DNA of 32,000 nucleotides, taken from positions 1,740,001 to 1,772,000 of the forward strand of contig NZ_LT906458.1 of the NCBI RefSeq assembly GCF_900187275.1, given 5' to 3'. Source of the stretch: Pasteurella multocida (GTDB taxonomy: Bacteria > Pseudomonadota > Gammaproteobacteria > Enterobacterales > Pasteurellaceae). The notes beneath the pieces were generated by a model. It was not told the DNA's origin, did not search any database, and saw only the letters and a program-made list of their open reading frames with translations. This document shows, piece after piece, positions 31,419 through 32,000 of this stretch (position 1 is its first letter; each line of letters starts with the position of its first letter). The position numbers and the translations under genes are program-made.

Positions 31419-32000
31419 CTAAGGGAAAAACAACGATAGTGGACGTTGTTTAATCAATTTCCAAACACATTGCGCGATATCACACCAACTCTCAATTTCT
31501 GTTTCTAAAGAACGCAGCGCAACCCATAACGCGATAAAGAAACTGACAATCAAATTCACCATACCAATCAATAACACGAACACTAAACCTTGTAAGAACA
31601 TCTGCCAAGTAAACGCGCCACTGATCGCCATATAGCCCAAATTCGCAGAAGAAAACGCCACATGGCGAATATCTAACGGTAAATTAAGCAAATACCCGAC
31701 TAACCCCGTTAAACCAAGCAATAAACCAAAACACAGATTTCCCATAATCGAACCGTAATTATCATGCCAGTATTCTGCAAATTTGTAGCGCATATTACGG
31801 GTCAACAGACGGCGTAAAATAGGGTGATTTCTTAGTCGCATTTTTAAGTTCAAATAATTACTACGATTATCAAAATAACCAGAAATAATCCCAGAAAAGA
31901 ATAACCAGAAACCCGCAATGGCGGCAAACCATAAGGACCCTTTCATCGGATCAAGGGATTTTTGTTGGTAGGCAATCTCCGCGTCACTCAATAAAGGTGT
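31419..32000 (-). CDS. Multi-pass inner-membrane protein, C-terminal 193 codons (5' end beyond the right edge of the window)
   Basis: The frame stays open to base 32000. The ORF-track M at 31991 is a TTG codon preceded in frame by T-P-L. Several hydrophobic helices are present (LWFAAIAGFWLFFSGIISGYF, LCFGLLLGLTGLVGYLL, LVFVLLIGMVNLIVSFFIALWVAL). I could not assign a family by eye. Confidence 0.7.
   Translation of the reverse strand, partial: TPLLSDAEIAYQQKSLDPMKGSLWFAAIAGFWLFFSGIISGYFDNRSNYLNLKMRLRNHPILRRLLTRNMRYKFAEYWHDNYGSIMGNLCFGLLLGLTGLVGYLLNLPLDIRHVAFSSANLGYMAISGAFTWQMFLQGLVFVLLIGMVNLIVSFFIALWVALRSLETEIESWCDIAQCVWKLIKQRPLSLFFP

Noticed and set aside
1-32000. Search for CRISPR arrays, tRNA or rRNA genes, prophage or defence-system gene pairs
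   Set aside because: I saw no regularly spaced direct repeats and no cloverleaf-like or rRNA-like segments. Apart from IS200 tnpA there are no integrase, recombinase or nuclease genes, and the intergenic gaps are accounted for by promoters and terminators.

Overview
This 32-kb chromosomal window comes from a Pasteurellaceae bacterium, probably Haemophilus- or Aggregatibacter-like. The evidence is 12 perfect Hin-type uptake signal sequences (AAGTGCGGT/ACCGCACTT), an AT-rich genome, and enterobacterial-style synteny (yibN-secB-gpsA-cysE, glpE..glpG-glpR, cyaY/lptM-lysA, pldA-recQ). I support about 31 protein-coding genes and saw no rRNA, tRNA or CRISPR array. Two real genes are missing from the supplied ORF track: the edge-truncated lysA (1-849, minus strand) and the 38-codon lipoprotein gene lptM/yifL (863-979, minus strand). 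Most of the window is housekeeping: lysA, cyaY, pldA, recQ, an SDH-L shikimate dehydrogenase paralogue, cysE, gpsA, secB, dcuB, a yjgR-like DUF853 ATPase, glpE, glpG, yeiH, pabA/pabB/pabC-like and ridA. The accessory-looking part is 15.6-26.9 kb. It contains a glpR reading frame that stops about 43 codons early, and a complete IS200-like element (Y1 transposase TnpA) that exactly fills the gap between two convergent terminators. It also contains a ~9.7-kb divergent locus, which is my best candidate for an undescribed system. In that locus a PgtC/PgtB/PgtA-like three-component sensor faces an Fbp/Afu-class ABC importer operon. The sensor consists of a secreted binding-protein-like modulator, a histidine kinase with a large periplasmic domain, and an NtrC-type response regulator. 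The importer has a fused double permease and two different ATPase genes. The response regulator has an intact receiver and HTH, but its sigma54-type AAA+ core is visibly dead (Walker A Lys to Arg, Walker B DE to KN, no GAFTGA loop). The 370-bp control region carries clustered TGTCAA/TTGACA inverted repeats. Elsewhere, a ZnuD-like TonB-dependent receptor has a His/Asp-rich loop, and a perfect 16-bp-arm palindrome lies in its promoter region. All functional calls come from reading the translated sequences by eye. No database search was run.
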